In this document: piece after piece, positions 37,490 through 46,387 of the stretch
How the letters are laid out: every line of letters begins with the position of its first letter
Position numbering within the stretch: the stretch's first letter is position 1
IMG/VR virus record: IMGVR_UViG_3300037294_000251
Span: 1-56,921 of that record
Strand: one strand, 5' to 3'
DNA: 56,921 nt
Source of the DNA: a virus
Lineage: Duplodnaviria > Caudoviricetes
Position numbers and translations under genes: made by a program
Notes under the pieces: generated by a model
The model's database searches: none
What the model was told of the DNA's origin: nothing
Seen by the model: only the letters and a program-made list of their open reading frames with translations

Positions 37490-39064
37490 TCAAGTGCGCC
37501 AGTCGGGCGGCGGTGCTGGCTCGTAAGCGGTGGCTATACTGTTGATCATTCCAAGCTCTTTAGCTTGGGCGTACTGACGGAATCCATCAGCGCCCTCACT
37601 ACAACCGTTAGCCTTGTTTGGCTGGTCGGTATATCGGTTGTCGCTGCGGCTAAAGACCTTCTTGTAACCCTCAAGCCGATTAACTCCCTGCTTGGTGCCG
37701 GCTTCATCGAAGTAGCAACCCTTCATGTGCTTGCGTGTTTGCTGAATTCCGGTGATTAGCTGGGTGATGCGTGGCACAATTTCAAAGCGCCGCCCTGGCA
37801 TTAGCTCCTCAAGCATTTCCTGCGTGCTGTTGTTGAAGTCGCCAAGGCGCTTGTGCTCGGCGTCATGCGGCAGATAGTGAGTGCCGAACACATAGCCAAG
37901 TGACGTGAGGTGCGCAACGTAGTGCCGCAAGTCCTCGCCATGCGCCTCGTAGTAGTTGATAAATCGATCTTCGCCGCGTAGCTCTTGGTGGAACCAGATA
38001 GCGCAGCCGTCGCTGTTACCAATATCCCAAAAGGTATTTACCGGCAGATCAAGCGTTGGCACTCGAGTGATGCCACCGCGCTTGCGCACTGCGATCAGAT
38101 CTTTGGCGTAGTAGTTGCCTTCGGTACTGACCTGAAACGCCTCTTCGGGCGTGCTCGGGTATTCCTGCCACATGCGCTCTTCGGCGCCGGAGAAGTCAGA
38201 GTGCTTTGTCGCCGTGTACCAGGCGCGCTGGTCAGGATCAATATGGCAATCCATCAGCCCTTCGATCAAGTCGAAGTATTCGTGCTCTGCTGCGCTGATC
38301 GATACGGTGCCGACCGGAAGCCGGTATTTAGGCTCCTGCCACCATGCGCAGAAATGAAAGCGGTAGTCCTTTGGCGTTAGCTTCTTCTTGCTGACGTGGT
38401 GCGCCTGCGAGCGCTGGACCATATCGAAGAACTCGCCTTCTCGGCCCTCGGCTGTCGACTCGATGATGAGCACGCCATTGGTTGGCACTGCCGGGATTGA
38501 CCCGGTAACAACCTCTCGGGCCTTATCCGGGAACTTCGCGCAGATTTTCCCGAACTCAGAAACATGCAGCCGGTGGATGGTTCCTGAGCGCATCGAGGTG
38601 CCGACACGCACCGAACTGTTGTTGTGCGCGAAAAGCAGCTCTGCCGCACTATCTCTGGCCAGCGGAAAACGCTCACGAATCTCTGGCGGAAGGTTCTCGT
38701 AGCCGAATTTCACCTTATCCCGAAAGATTGTCTCGGCCGCTTCACGGCCCTGCGCGATGATGCCGCAGCGCTGATTGGCGTTAAACAGCGCGTGATCCAG
38801 CCAAAGAATCGCCACTAGCGTGGTAAAGCCAAGCTGTCGCGCTTTCAAGATCAGGTTGCGGTGCCATAGGCGGCTGATGAATCGGCGCTGCGCACGGTTA
38901 GGCTTGAACGGCATGACTAGCTCGTCTTCGCCGTCTTCGCCCTTAATCATAATTTTGTACAGGCAGCCCGAGAATAACCGCCACTCAGGATTAGCCAGGC
39001 AACGCTCCAGCTCGGCAGCATCGGTCGGCAACTCAAGAAGCGGCGTGTCGATTCTCACTGCCAT
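37490..39064 (-). CDS. Terminase large subunit
   Basis: Walker A ILKARQLGFTT, Walker B LHVSE, IIESTA, nuclease WDIG and LPHDA. Confidence 0.95.
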   Translation of the reverse strand: MAVRIDTPLLELPTDAAELERCLANPEWRLFSGCLYKIMIKGEDGEDELVMPFKPNRAQRRFISRLWHRNLILKARQLGFTTLVAILWLDHALFNANQRCGIIAQGREAAETIFRDKVKFGYENLPPEIRERFPLARDSAAELLFAHNNSSVRVGTSMRSGTIHRLHVSEFGKICAKFPDKAREVVTGSIPAVPTNGVLIIESTAEGREGEFFDMVQRSQAHHVSKKKLTPKDYRFHFCAWWQEPKYRLPVGTVSISAAEHEYFDLIEGLMDCHIDPDQRAWYTATKHSDFSGAEERMWQEYPSTPEEAFQVSTEGNYYAKDLIAVRKRGGITRVPTLDLPVNTFWDIGNSDGCAIWFHQELRGEDRFINYYEAHGEDLRHYVAHLTSLGYVFGTHYLPHDAEHKRLGDFNNSTQEMLEELMPGRRFEIVPRITQLITGIQQTRKHMKGCYFDEAGTKQGVNRLEGYKKVFSRSDNRYTDQPNKANGCSEGADGFRQYAQAKELGMINSIATAYEPAPPPDWRT

Positions 39065-39068
39065 TGCG

Positions 39069-39788
39069 TCAGCCCTCGTCGTGCTCAGGGTCGTCAGCAA
39101 CTGGCGCAAAACTGTTGGCATTGCCAGAAGTGACGCGATTCAGCAGCGTCGATAGCGCGTCAGCTTGCAATCCTTCCTTGTCATCAAGGCCAAAGGCTTG
39201 CCGCTCAAGCATAATCATCACGCGCAGCGACTCACCCAAGTCCTTCATGGTTTTGGCGCGACCAGGCAAGCTAACGATCTTCTGGTACAAGTCGTTCAGC
39301 CGGTCTTGGCCGTTGTCGCCCTCGCTGCGCATGAGTTCGCCAAGCTCTTCAAGCATCGCAACATTGTCGGCGCCGGTCTGATACTCCAGCTCGTCGAAGA
39401 GCGACATAACAATACGTCGACTGCGGGTTATGTCCTTGCGGTGCGACAGGCGCACGGTAGCTACAGCAAGCGCGTTGGCCTCGACAATCTCGCGCTCAGA
39501 AACGCGGGTTTCCGTGGAAACCTGCCTGGAAACCGCCTCTCTGGAAACCAGCTCCTCAGCCTTTGCTTGTATGCGTACAGCTAGATCACGCTGCCAGTCA
39601 TCTCGCTTTGCACGCTTGCCGATTGCTGTATGGCTTACGCCGTGCTCGCTCGCTATCTGGCGCAGCGGCTTAATGCCAGCGCGGTAATCCAGCTCAATGC
39701 GCGACCAGTCAGGCACAACTGCAGAAGCCGCCTTGCTGTTGGGCTTGGCGGCGTCGGTATTGCTTTCGGGTTTTGGTTTGGTCGTCAT
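39069..39788 (-). CDS. Terminase small subunit
   Basis: N-terminal HTH (DW..IE.DYRAG..LRQIA..HGVS..AI.KRAK..W), LERQAFGL; upstream of TerL. Confidence 0.85.
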   Translation of the reverse strand: MTTKPKPESNTDAAKPNSKAASAVVPDWSRIELDYRAGIKPLRQIASEHGVSHTAIGKRAKRDDWQRDLAVRIQAKAEELVSREAVSRQVSTETRVSEREIVEANALAVATVRLSHRKDITRSRRIVMSLFDELEYQTGADNVAMLEELGELMRSEGDNGQDRLNDLYQKIVSLPGRAKTMKDLGESLRVMIMLERQAFGLDDKEGLQADALSTLLNRVTSGNANSFAPVADDPEHDEG

Positions 39789-39794
39789 GCTCGC

Positions 39795-39831
39795 ATAGTC
39801 GCGGCATGACGGAGGCAGGGCGAACCCTACA
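39795..39831 (-). promoter_or_regulatory. Late promoter motif copy 4 (TGTAGGGTTCGC-N19-GACTAT)
   Basis: Exact 12-mer at 39820-39831; -10-like element ends about 6 nt before the TerS ATG. Confidence 0.7.
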
Positions 39832-39955
39832 GCGGGGAGGGATCAGCACACTAAGACAAAGGCTGCGTAGGCAATAGCCGGGAGCAGTCCTGCAATTGGC
39901 TGCCATATACTCATAGCCGCGAGGGATGCCGCAAAGCAGCCGACTGCGACATTCA

Positions 39956-40399
39956 TCACGACATCATCCCTGCTCTTGGCGCGACAGCAGCTGCGCTATC
40001 GATTTCATCTGCCAGTTCACGCAGCGCGGCGCTTAACAAGCTCAATCCGTGTTTAAAAGAGCCGTCCACCGCGCAAGTCTTGATGCTGTCCTGTAAAACT
40101 TCGCGCACATTGAAAACATAAGTCGGCCCAGACCCAAGTCGGTCACCAAGCCCAGTGGTCAGGTACATAGTTAATGGGTCAGAGACAGCCGGACCTCCAA
40201 ACCCATCCGAGCTGTACTTATCACCCGGAGCGCCCGCCCACTCGATCGGGAAGCTGAGGTAAGACTCGTTGCTGTCCAGCGCCATGGCGAGCACGTCACG
40301 GCTGGCGTTAAGCAGCAACTGCTCCATGCCTTTGTGCAGCTCGTCAATCGAACCTAGCGAACATCCTGATAAATTAATCTCGCCTGACTTGCGCTTCAT
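39956..40399 (-). CDS. Hypothetical protein downstream of aca1
   Basis: 147 aa, AGGTG RBS. Confidence 0.7.
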   Translation of the reverse strand: MKRKSGEINLSGCSLGSIDELHKGMEQLLLNASRDVLAMALDSNESYLSFPIEWAGAPGDKYSSDGFGGPAVSDPLTMYLTTGLGDRLGSGPTYVFNVREVLQDSIKTCAVDGSFKHGLSLLSAALRELADEIDSAAAVAPRAGMMS

Positions 40400-40421
40400 G
40401 CTTCACCTATTGATTGAGTTT

Positions 40422-40628
40422 TCATTGCGCCAAGCACTCCAAACCAAACTGCACAAGGTATGGCGCGGCGCGATGGTTATCGCCGGCTTCATCGCTCAGG
40501 TAGTAGCGCATCATCCGTGGCTTGAAGCCAAGCGCTTCTGCGGCTTGGCTTTGCGTCAAGCCGGCCTGCGCTATCAAGCTGCGCAGGTAAGCCGGATCGG
40601 GGTTGTGGTTGCTGGCGTTAGGCTTCAT
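40422..40628 (-). CDS. aca1: Anti-CRISPR-associated HTH repressor, Aca1 family
   Basis: ASNHNPDPAYLR.L...AG..Q..AA..LG...R.MRYYLS....R.APY.VQF.LECLA matches Pseudomonas Aca1 as I recall it across its length. Confidence 0.9.
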   Translation of the reverse strand: MKPNASNHNPDPAYLRSLIAQAGLTQSQAAEALGFKPRMMRYYLSDEAGDNHRAAPYLVQFGLECLAQ

Positions 40629-40843
40629 CAGTGGATGCCATATTCTTCATCGATCCGCTCTGCCCATTCGTCGCTAACATCGCCATAAATCGTCTTGCCG
40701 TCAGGGCAAGACGCGAGCGCTGAATAAAAGTCGCCATCAACTAAAACATCTAACCCGTTGCGCTGATCTTGGATGCTTGGGTTTTCGCAGTTATAAACGC
40801 CATCGATGTTATTTGCGGCCAGTTCGTTTCTGTTAGCGGTCAT
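40628..40843 (-). CDS. Candidate anti-CRISPR/anti-defence protein (71 aa, acidic)
   Basis: AAGGAG RBS; TGATG coupling to aca1; 15 D/E versus 4 K/R. Confidence 0.75.
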   Translation of the reverse strand: MTANRNELAANNIDGVYNCENPSIQDQRNGLDVLVDGDFYSALASCPDGKTIYGDVSDEWAERIDEEYGIH

Positions 40844-40889
40844 GGTGTAGCTCCTTGGTTCGCCTCGCCGTTGTGGCTGGCATGTGTCT

Positions 40890-40918
40890 AATATAGGCAA
40901 CCATTGCCTATCTGTACA
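40890..40918 (-). promoter_or_regulatory. acr-type promoter (TGTACA-N17-TATATT) with overlapping palindromic operator ATAGGCAA-N3-TTGCCTAT (40893-40911)
   Basis: Perfect 8-bp inverted repeat spanning the -35/-10 spacer, directly upstream of candidate acr-aca1. Confidence 0.75.
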
Positions 40919-40936
40919 GAGCCGACCGACGAACGG

Positions 40937-41455
40937 TCATACTCCCACCAATCCCAGCTGCCCTTCATCGCACCGTCCGCGCAGCGCGCTTTTCACTGAC
41001 CTCAGCTCGCGGCGCAGGCTCTTTACCTGCAGCGCCAGGTCGGCAGCGATCATTGCGGCGTTGCGGCTTTGCTCGATCCCCACGGCTTGCATGACAACGC
41101 CCGCCTGAATCTGCGCCAGCATGCGGTCCTCTTTCGGCGTCAGCGTCAGCACATCGTCGCCTATGTCGATCTTGACCGTACCGTCCGGCAGTAGCGTTTT
41201 GCTGATAACCCGCGCTGCTTCGTGCGTGTCGACGGGGGCGTAAATGCCTCGGCGGATGCGCGTGACCATTCCGGCATTGATTAGCGTACCCACACGGTCA
41301 TCGATAACCGTCGCCGGCAAATCCAGCAACTCGATCAGCGCCTCGCGCGTCACGATCTGCTCCATCGCGTGCAGCTCTTGCACCGCCTCCAGCACTCGGC
41401 TGGTGGAGGAATTACTGCTCAGGTCAGACGTTGCGGCTAGCCGGCTTGTGGTCAT
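40937..41455 (-). CDS. Winged-helix-like protein, candidate late regulator
   Basis: VTREAL.ELL.L....IDDRV..L...G.V.R..RGIY pattern; last early gene before packaging module. Confidence 0.6.
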   Translation of the reverse strand: MTTSRLAATSDLSSNSSTSRVLEAVQELHAMEQIVTREALIELLDLPATVIDDRVGTLINAGMVTRIRRGIYAPVDTHEAARVISKTLLPDGTVKIDIGDDVLTLTPKEDRMLAQIQAGVVMQAVGIEQSRNAAMIAADLALQVKSLRRELRSVKSALRGRCDEGQLGLVGV

Positions 41456-41544
41456 GCACACCCCCAAAAAAACATGCTCGATTATACTTCTTCTGCATCA
41501 CTGAAAGCCACTAACTACGAGGCTTTCAGTGGTATTTTCACAGC

Positions 41545-41889
41545 TTAAAAACGCTCAATTTCCCAGCCGCCACCAGCCTTCTTTGTCTTTGCTGTAATGC
41601 CGAGTATCTGCAGCGGAAACATTGCCGCCGCAACCTTGGTTTTCACGCGAGCGTCATCTGTCCAAAAGCCTTTTACTTCGTGCAATTCAAGCGACCCACA
41701 CGACAGCATCACGGCAAAATCAGGCGTGTAAAAAGTCTTGTCTGCAAGGCGTAGCTTGATCCCCTCGAAAGCGTACCAAGCCACTTCTCCAGCAGCCTTG
41801 CGCAGCTCAAGGTGCTGCCGATAAGCCTGCTCCGTTTTGTTGAGCGTGCCGACTGGCAGCCGGCCTAGTGCTTGTAGACCGGCCATCAT
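41545..41889 (-). CDS. PD-(D/E)xK endonuclease (DUF1064-like)
   Basis: NKTE..Y, YTPDF, HEVKG motifs. Confidence 0.8.
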   Translation of the reverse strand: MMAGLQALGRLPVGTLNKTEQAYRQHLELRKAAGEVAWYAFEGIKLRLADKTFYTPDFAVMLSCGSLELHEVKGFWTDDARVKTKVAAAMFPLQILGITAKTKKAGGGWEIERF

Positions 41890-42284
41890 GTCCGCACCCC
41901 GAGATTTTTCTCGCAGTTGCAGTAGCCTGCGGCGCACTCATGGCAGCGCAGCGCGTCGATGGCTGCATAAATCGGCTCGGCCATTTCGCCTCCCTGCTGT
42001 ATGCCTTGCTGCCTGGGGCTGTCGTCATCAATCTCGCTTGCCGGTTCAAACGGCGCCGACTTCGCTCCCCGCCAATACTGATTCACGCCACGCAGCCACG
42101 ACACGGTGTACAGCACGCACAGCGCGAAGATTCCCCACTGCCCAGCGGAATAGGCCGACCAGAACCAAAAAGGCTGCGAGCACAAGCCAAACAAGCAGGC
42201 GTATCTGCGCTGATCTTCACTGGCGGCCTGCGACAGCCAGATAGCGACCACGCCGAATAGCGCAATACCTATTTGAGCAATCAC
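41886..42284 (-). CDS. Small multi-pass membrane protein
   Basis: Three hydrophobic segments; GL..QPFW..QWG motif. Confidence 0.65.
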   Translation of the reverse strand: MIAQIGIALFGVVAIWLSQAASEDQRRYACLFGLCSQPFWFWSAYSAGQWGIFALCVLYTVSWLRGVNQYWRGAKSAPFEPASEIDDDSPRQQGIQQGGEMAEPIYAAIDALRCHECAAGYCNCEKNLGVRT

Positions 42285-42454
42285 TCCTCGTCACCCAGCC
42301 AGCACATGGCTGTCATCCACAGCAGCGGACAGGCCAAGCAGATCAGTGCTGCGGGTATCGCTAGTGCTTTTTTCATCGGTCTTACTCCCCTGTTTTGGCA
42401 AAATTCCACGTTCTTGCAGGTCGCGGCACTGTCGTTCCGCGTATTCTTTCAGCG

Positions 42455-42727
42455 TCACTTGATCTTGCCTTCGCGCCGCAAAATCTCTTGCGTGCGGAAA
42501 ACCCCATGCGCAAAGTCGAGGCGTGTCTCTGCGTCTCGCAACTCAGAATGCAGGTGGCAGTCAGAGCACGCCCACGCGGCTTGCTGGTCATTTGGCTTGA
42601 TGCCCATGCCGTTGCTGCCAGCCATGCGGTAATGCGCGAGCACGGTTGTCTCAGGATTGAAGTTGCACACGCCGGCATAGCGCACCTGGCAGTCACGGCC
42701 GCGCGCGGCTTCGGTTAGCTTGCTCAT
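42455..42727 (-). CDS. DUF1364/YbcO-like Zn-binding nuclease-family protein
   Basis: AARGRDCQVR..GVC....ETTVLAHYR....GMG.KP.D..AAWACS.CH. Confidence 0.85.
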   Translation of the reverse strand: MSKLTEAARGRDCQVRYAGVCNFNPETTVLAHYRMAGSNGMGIKPNDQQAAWACSDCHLHSELRDAETRLDFAHGVFRTQEILRREGKIK

Positions 42728-42994
42728 GCCTTGCCTCGCTCACTGATCGCAAAGGCCAGCAATCCGAGCACCATAAACACCAAGCCCGCATCGGCATTGC
42801 CGCTTAATGATTCGCCAGAGCTAACTCCCATAAGGAATATGAAAACTTTCATGCGTGCCGCCCCGCGTATCTCGCTTTGCGTATCAAACTGCATTGCGCA
42901 TGCCTGCCGATTGATCGCTTTTTCTTGCACACATCGCACACCGACTGAGTTGTCATCAGGAACCCATGCGCTAGCTGGCCAGTTGTTTTATGGG

Positions 42995-43213
42995 TCACGC
43001 CGCCGCACTCCTACAGTCGTCACACTGCCAGCCCTTTATCGCCTTACGAGCGCCTTTTGGCTTTGACGCCTGGCACGACTCACAGAAGCGCCTCCCGTAC
43101 GCGATATAAATACCCTGCCTTGACTGGTCCTTTACCGCCTCCAGATGACGACTTCCGCCAGCTCTGCGCTGCTGTACGGCGCACTTATCCTCGTCGCTCA
43201 ACTTGCGCTTCAT
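42995..43213 (-). CDS. Small Zn-ribbon protein
   Basis: CESC...WQCDDC; ATGA coupling. Confidence 0.6.
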   Translation of the reverse strand: MKRKLSDEDKCAVQQRRAGGSRHLEAVKDQSRQGIYIAYGRRFCESCQASKPKGARKAIKGWQCDDCRSAAA

Positions 43214-43725
43214 GCGACCTCCTTAAACGAGTCAAATTCAGCCATTTCGGTTAGCCGCTCTTCGGTTAGCGTCGGCCAGTCGGTAGCAACAAGGTGCGCG
43301 CAGCACTTCGCCCAAAAGTCCTGAAATACCTCTTCGCCCATCGAGTCATACGACAGGCCTTGCGGGGTATGGCGGGTCAATCGGCCAAGGCCGGGCAGGT
43401 CGAATACTTCTTCATCGCAGTACACGCCAGACTCCAGCTGCAGCGCCTTGAGTGCGTCATGCGACTGCTTGCCAGTGAAGCGGTCGATGTTCTGCGCCAA
43501 TACCCGGCCAAGGCCATGCACAAGCCGGTTAAAGCGCTCGTTTCTTGGCTGTGTGAGTGCCGCGCGTACCTTGGTCGATAGCCGAAAGCCGCGCTCACGC
43601 ATCAGCGACTTGTCGGAGTCGGTTGCCGGCACTAATGCGCCGATGCGCTTACCGGTGGCCGGGTCAATAACTTCGCGGATGACGAAGTAAATTGGCATTG
43701 GTTTTGGCTTCGCTGGCTTAGCCAT
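43210..43725 (-). CDS. NinB-like/hypothetical protein
   Basis: PRN..FNR..H, LSYDSM.E..F patterns; nin-region position. Confidence 0.55.
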   Translation of the reverse strand: MAKPAKPKPMPIYFVIREVIDPATGKRIGALVPATDSDKSLMRERGFRLSTKVRAALTQPRNERFNRLVHGLGRVLAQNIDRFTGKQSHDALKALQLESGVYCDEEVFDLPGLGRLTRHTPQGLSYDSMGEEVFQDFWAKCCAHLVATDWPTLTEERLTEMAEFDSFKEVA

Positions 43726-43886
43726 GATTCACCTCCGCCATCGGCCAAACCCGCCGCGCAGTTTCCAGCGCTTCCGGTCGGGTAATAGCCGCACCAACCA
43801 TCGCAAAAGTTGCCCTGTTCGCAGTAATGAGCCAGCCCATGCGTTTAACGGTGTCTGCCAGCGGTATGAATGGCTCAGAGTCGAAG

Positions 43887-44048
43887 TTATCCATCGATCA
43901 GTACCCCGCTGCGCACGATCTGGATTCGTGGCCCGCGCTCGATACTCACAGGATTGCGGCATGTGATAACCCATCCATCAGCAAGCATTCGCTCTACATG
44001 GGCGCGCATTGCTGGGTAGGCCCGGCGTTCGATTTGTTGGTTATTCAT
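43887..44048 (-). CDS. Small hypothetical protein (MNNQQIERR...)
   Basis: AAGGAG RBS; GW....R.PV..ERG pattern. Confidence 0.5.
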   Translation of the reverse strand: MNNQQIERRAYPAMRAHVERMLADGWVITCRNPVSIERGPRIQIVRSGVLIDG

Positions 44049-44192
44049 GGATGGCTCCTTTTTTGGCTGCATGCTCACGGACATCACGCAGGAACTTGAC
44101 TGCATGCGCCCGGTCTTTTTCTGTTTTTTGCTGAAAGACGATATGTCCAATAACCCGCGCAAGCGGCTCGCTGACGTGACGCGGCCTGACGG

Positions 44193-45569
44193 TCATTTGC
44201 TGTACCTCCCGCCGCCGCGAGGCTTGTCGTCATCTGGCTTGGCGCTGTAGGTATCAAACGAAAGCGTGGAAGAAACGAACCGTTGAAACTGGCCTTGGAA
44301 CTGCAACAGGCAGAACCCAGGCTTTGCGTGCCGACACTTCACAACGTCCCACTCGGTAATCCCGCTGGCACCGTGCGGGCTTTTTTCATCGCGGAATGCC
44401 AGCGCGATAATGTCCGCGTCTTGCTCGATTTCGCCGGAGTCGCGCAGGTCGCTCATTTGCGGGCGCGAGTTAGCACCTCGGCTTTCCATCGCCCGGTTGA
44501 ACTGCGCCAGCACGATAATCGGGATACCCAGCTCTTTCGCCAGCGCCTTAAATCCGCGAGTGAAGGAGCCGATTTCGGCGCTGCGAGTCTGGTGCTTGCT
44601 GCCGGGGTCTGGGGCAACCAGCGTTAGGTAGTCGATAACGATCAAATCAAGCTTGCGGGCGCGATGCTCAAAGCGGGCGATATTGCAAATGCGACTGAAT
44701 GGCAGCGCGCCCTTGTCGCAAATGCGAACGTCAGCGCCCTTCATCTTCGCAACAGCGGCCTGTACTTTTATCGACTCGTCTGGGTTGCAGACGGCCTCGC
44801 CCGACTCAAGACGGTCTTTGCTCACGCCTGCGATTGCAGCCAGCCCGCGCAAGGCCAATTCTTTCTTGCCCATTTCGAGCGAAAATATCAGCGCCGACTT
44901 GCCGTCACGGGTTGCAATTTTGTCGCATAGGCCAGTCCCCATCACGGTTTTTCCGGTGCCTGGCTTGCCAGCGATAATCACCAAATTGCCGGGGCGAAGG
45001 CCGCTGGTAACGCCGTCTAGCTCAGACAGCCCGAAAGTCAGCCCAATCTCGGTTTTACCGTCTAGCCGGTCTTGCATATCGGAAAACACCGGCCCCAACG
45101 CTTGCTCGTAGCTCACCACGTCCGGCTCTTCATCCTCGAAGCAAAGGCCCATCAGCAATTGCTGCGCCTCTGCAATTTGATTGCTGATAACGCCCTTAGC
45201 CGTGGCAATTTCCATGATGGCGCGGCCGGCTTCGTAAAGCTGGCGGGCTTGGTGGCGCTCAGCAACCGTCTTGGCGTAATGCACGCCGTTAGCTGCGCTG
45301 GTCGTGTTTTTCTGTATCGCGCCAGCTAGGTAGGTCGTTGATTCGCCAGACGGTAGCCGGTCGGATATTTCGGCAAGCGTGATCAGGTCAGGCTTGACCC
45401 CCCTGGAATGGCATTGCAGCGCCAAGCCGTACAGGCAGCCAAGGTCTGCATCGCTGAAACTGGAGCCGGACAGGAATGCGCCGATGGTTTCGCAAAGCTC
45501 GGGCTTGAGGATCAATGCACCGATAACGCCCTGCTCTGCTTCGACTGAGTACAGCGGACGCTCGTTCAA
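44193..45569 (-). CDS. dnaB: Replicative DNA helicase, DnaB family
   Basis: EAEQ.VIG, Walker A GKPGTGKT, FSLEM, IDYL, LAQFNR, SDLRDSGEIEQDAD. Confidence 0.95.
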   Translation of the reverse strand: MNERPLYSVEAEQGVIGALILKPELCETIGAFLSGSSFSDADLGCLYGLALQCHSRGVKPDLITLAEISDRLPSGESTTYLAGAIQKNTTSAANGVHYAKTVAERHQARQLYEAGRAIMEIATAKGVISNQIAEAQQLLMGLCFEDEEPDVVSYEQALGPVFSDMQDRLDGKTEIGLTFGLSELDGVTSGLRPGNLVIIAGKPGTGKTVMGTGLCDKIATRDGKSALIFSLEMGKKELALRGLAAIAGVSKDRLESGEAVCNPDESIKVQAAVAKMKGADVRICDKGALPFSRICNIARFEHRARKLDLIVIDYLTLVAPDPGSKHQTRSAEIGSFTRGFKALAKELGIPIIVLAQFNRAMESRGANSRPQMSDLRDSGEIEQDADIIALAFRDEKSPHGASGITEWDVVKCRHAKPGFCLLQFQGQFQRFVSSTLSFDTYSAKPDDDKPRGGGRYSK

Positions 45570-46387
45570 TTCATGCGCTCCATCAGCTTGATGGCGTTCT
45601 TGGGCGTAGTCACAAAGTCGAAATCAGCACGCCATCCTCGGTCGTTCTGGCCGATCCAGTGCGGCTCGGTTAGGCAGTCAGCGAAGTATTGCTGCCAGAC
45701 TTCAATGCCTTGCGTGAATGGCTTTTTCCCCATGAACTCAATCGAAGCCATCGCCTTGATCTGCCGCTTACGGCTTTCGTTCATCACGGCGCAGGCAGGA
45801 AGAGCTGGCGAACAGGTTTCGTTGTATGCCTGCTGGATGGTTGAGTAACAGATCTTTTTTGCGGCGCGCTCGTCGTCGACAGACGGCAAGGGTTCTTGAT
45901 CTTCTTCAGGATTCAGGATTCCACAATCAGGAATCAGAACATCAGGAATCAGGGCGTTTACTAACGGTGGTTTAACGTTAACTAACGATTCGCCAACGTG
46001 AACCTTCTTGCTTTTACCTGTAAGAACAACGTTCTTGGCGCGTTCGTTAACGGTTAAGTACCCGTCTTTGTCTGGGAGGATGCTGTCTTTTTCTGACCCG
46101 TGAGGGCTTTGGTGTTTGTGAAAGTTAACTATCTCGACGACATTGGTGTCGCCGACTTGATAGCGAATCACAAAGCCAGCGGCGCAAAGATCAGTCAGGC
46201 CCGCGTCAACGTCATACGAATCACACGGAAACAGCTCCATCTTGATCCGCTTAGGTCGATCCTCTATCCGGCCTTCACGATCAGCAAGGCACCACAGACC
46301 TACAAACAGCAGGCGGTCAAACGCCTGAAGCTCGGCTAGTAACTCATTGCTGAAAAAGGCTGGCTTGATATTGCGTGCGCGAGCCAT
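45566..46387 (-). CDS. Replication initiator (O-like)
   Basis: MARARNIKP.FF.NE.L, RLLF.GLWCLADREG, C-terminal GWRADFDF; upstream of DnaB. Confidence 0.85.
   Translation of the reverse strand: MARARNIKPAFFSNELLAELQAFDRLLFVGLWCLADREGRIEDRPKRIKMELFPCDSYDVDAGLTDLCAAGFVIRYQVGDTNVVEIVNFHKHQSPHGSEKDSILPDKDGYLTVNERAKNVVLTGKSKKVHVGESLVNVKPPLVNALIPDVLIPDCGILNPEEDQEPLPSVDDERAAKKICYSTIQQAYNETCSPALPACAVMNESRKRQIKAMASIEFMGKKPFTQGIEVWQQYFADCLTEPHWIGQNDRGWRADFDFVTTPKNAIKLMERMN

Noticed and set aside
40844-40900. Upstream start giving a 90-aa version of the candidate Acr
   Set aside because: That start lies inside the promoter/operator; the AAGGAG RBS supports ATG 40843
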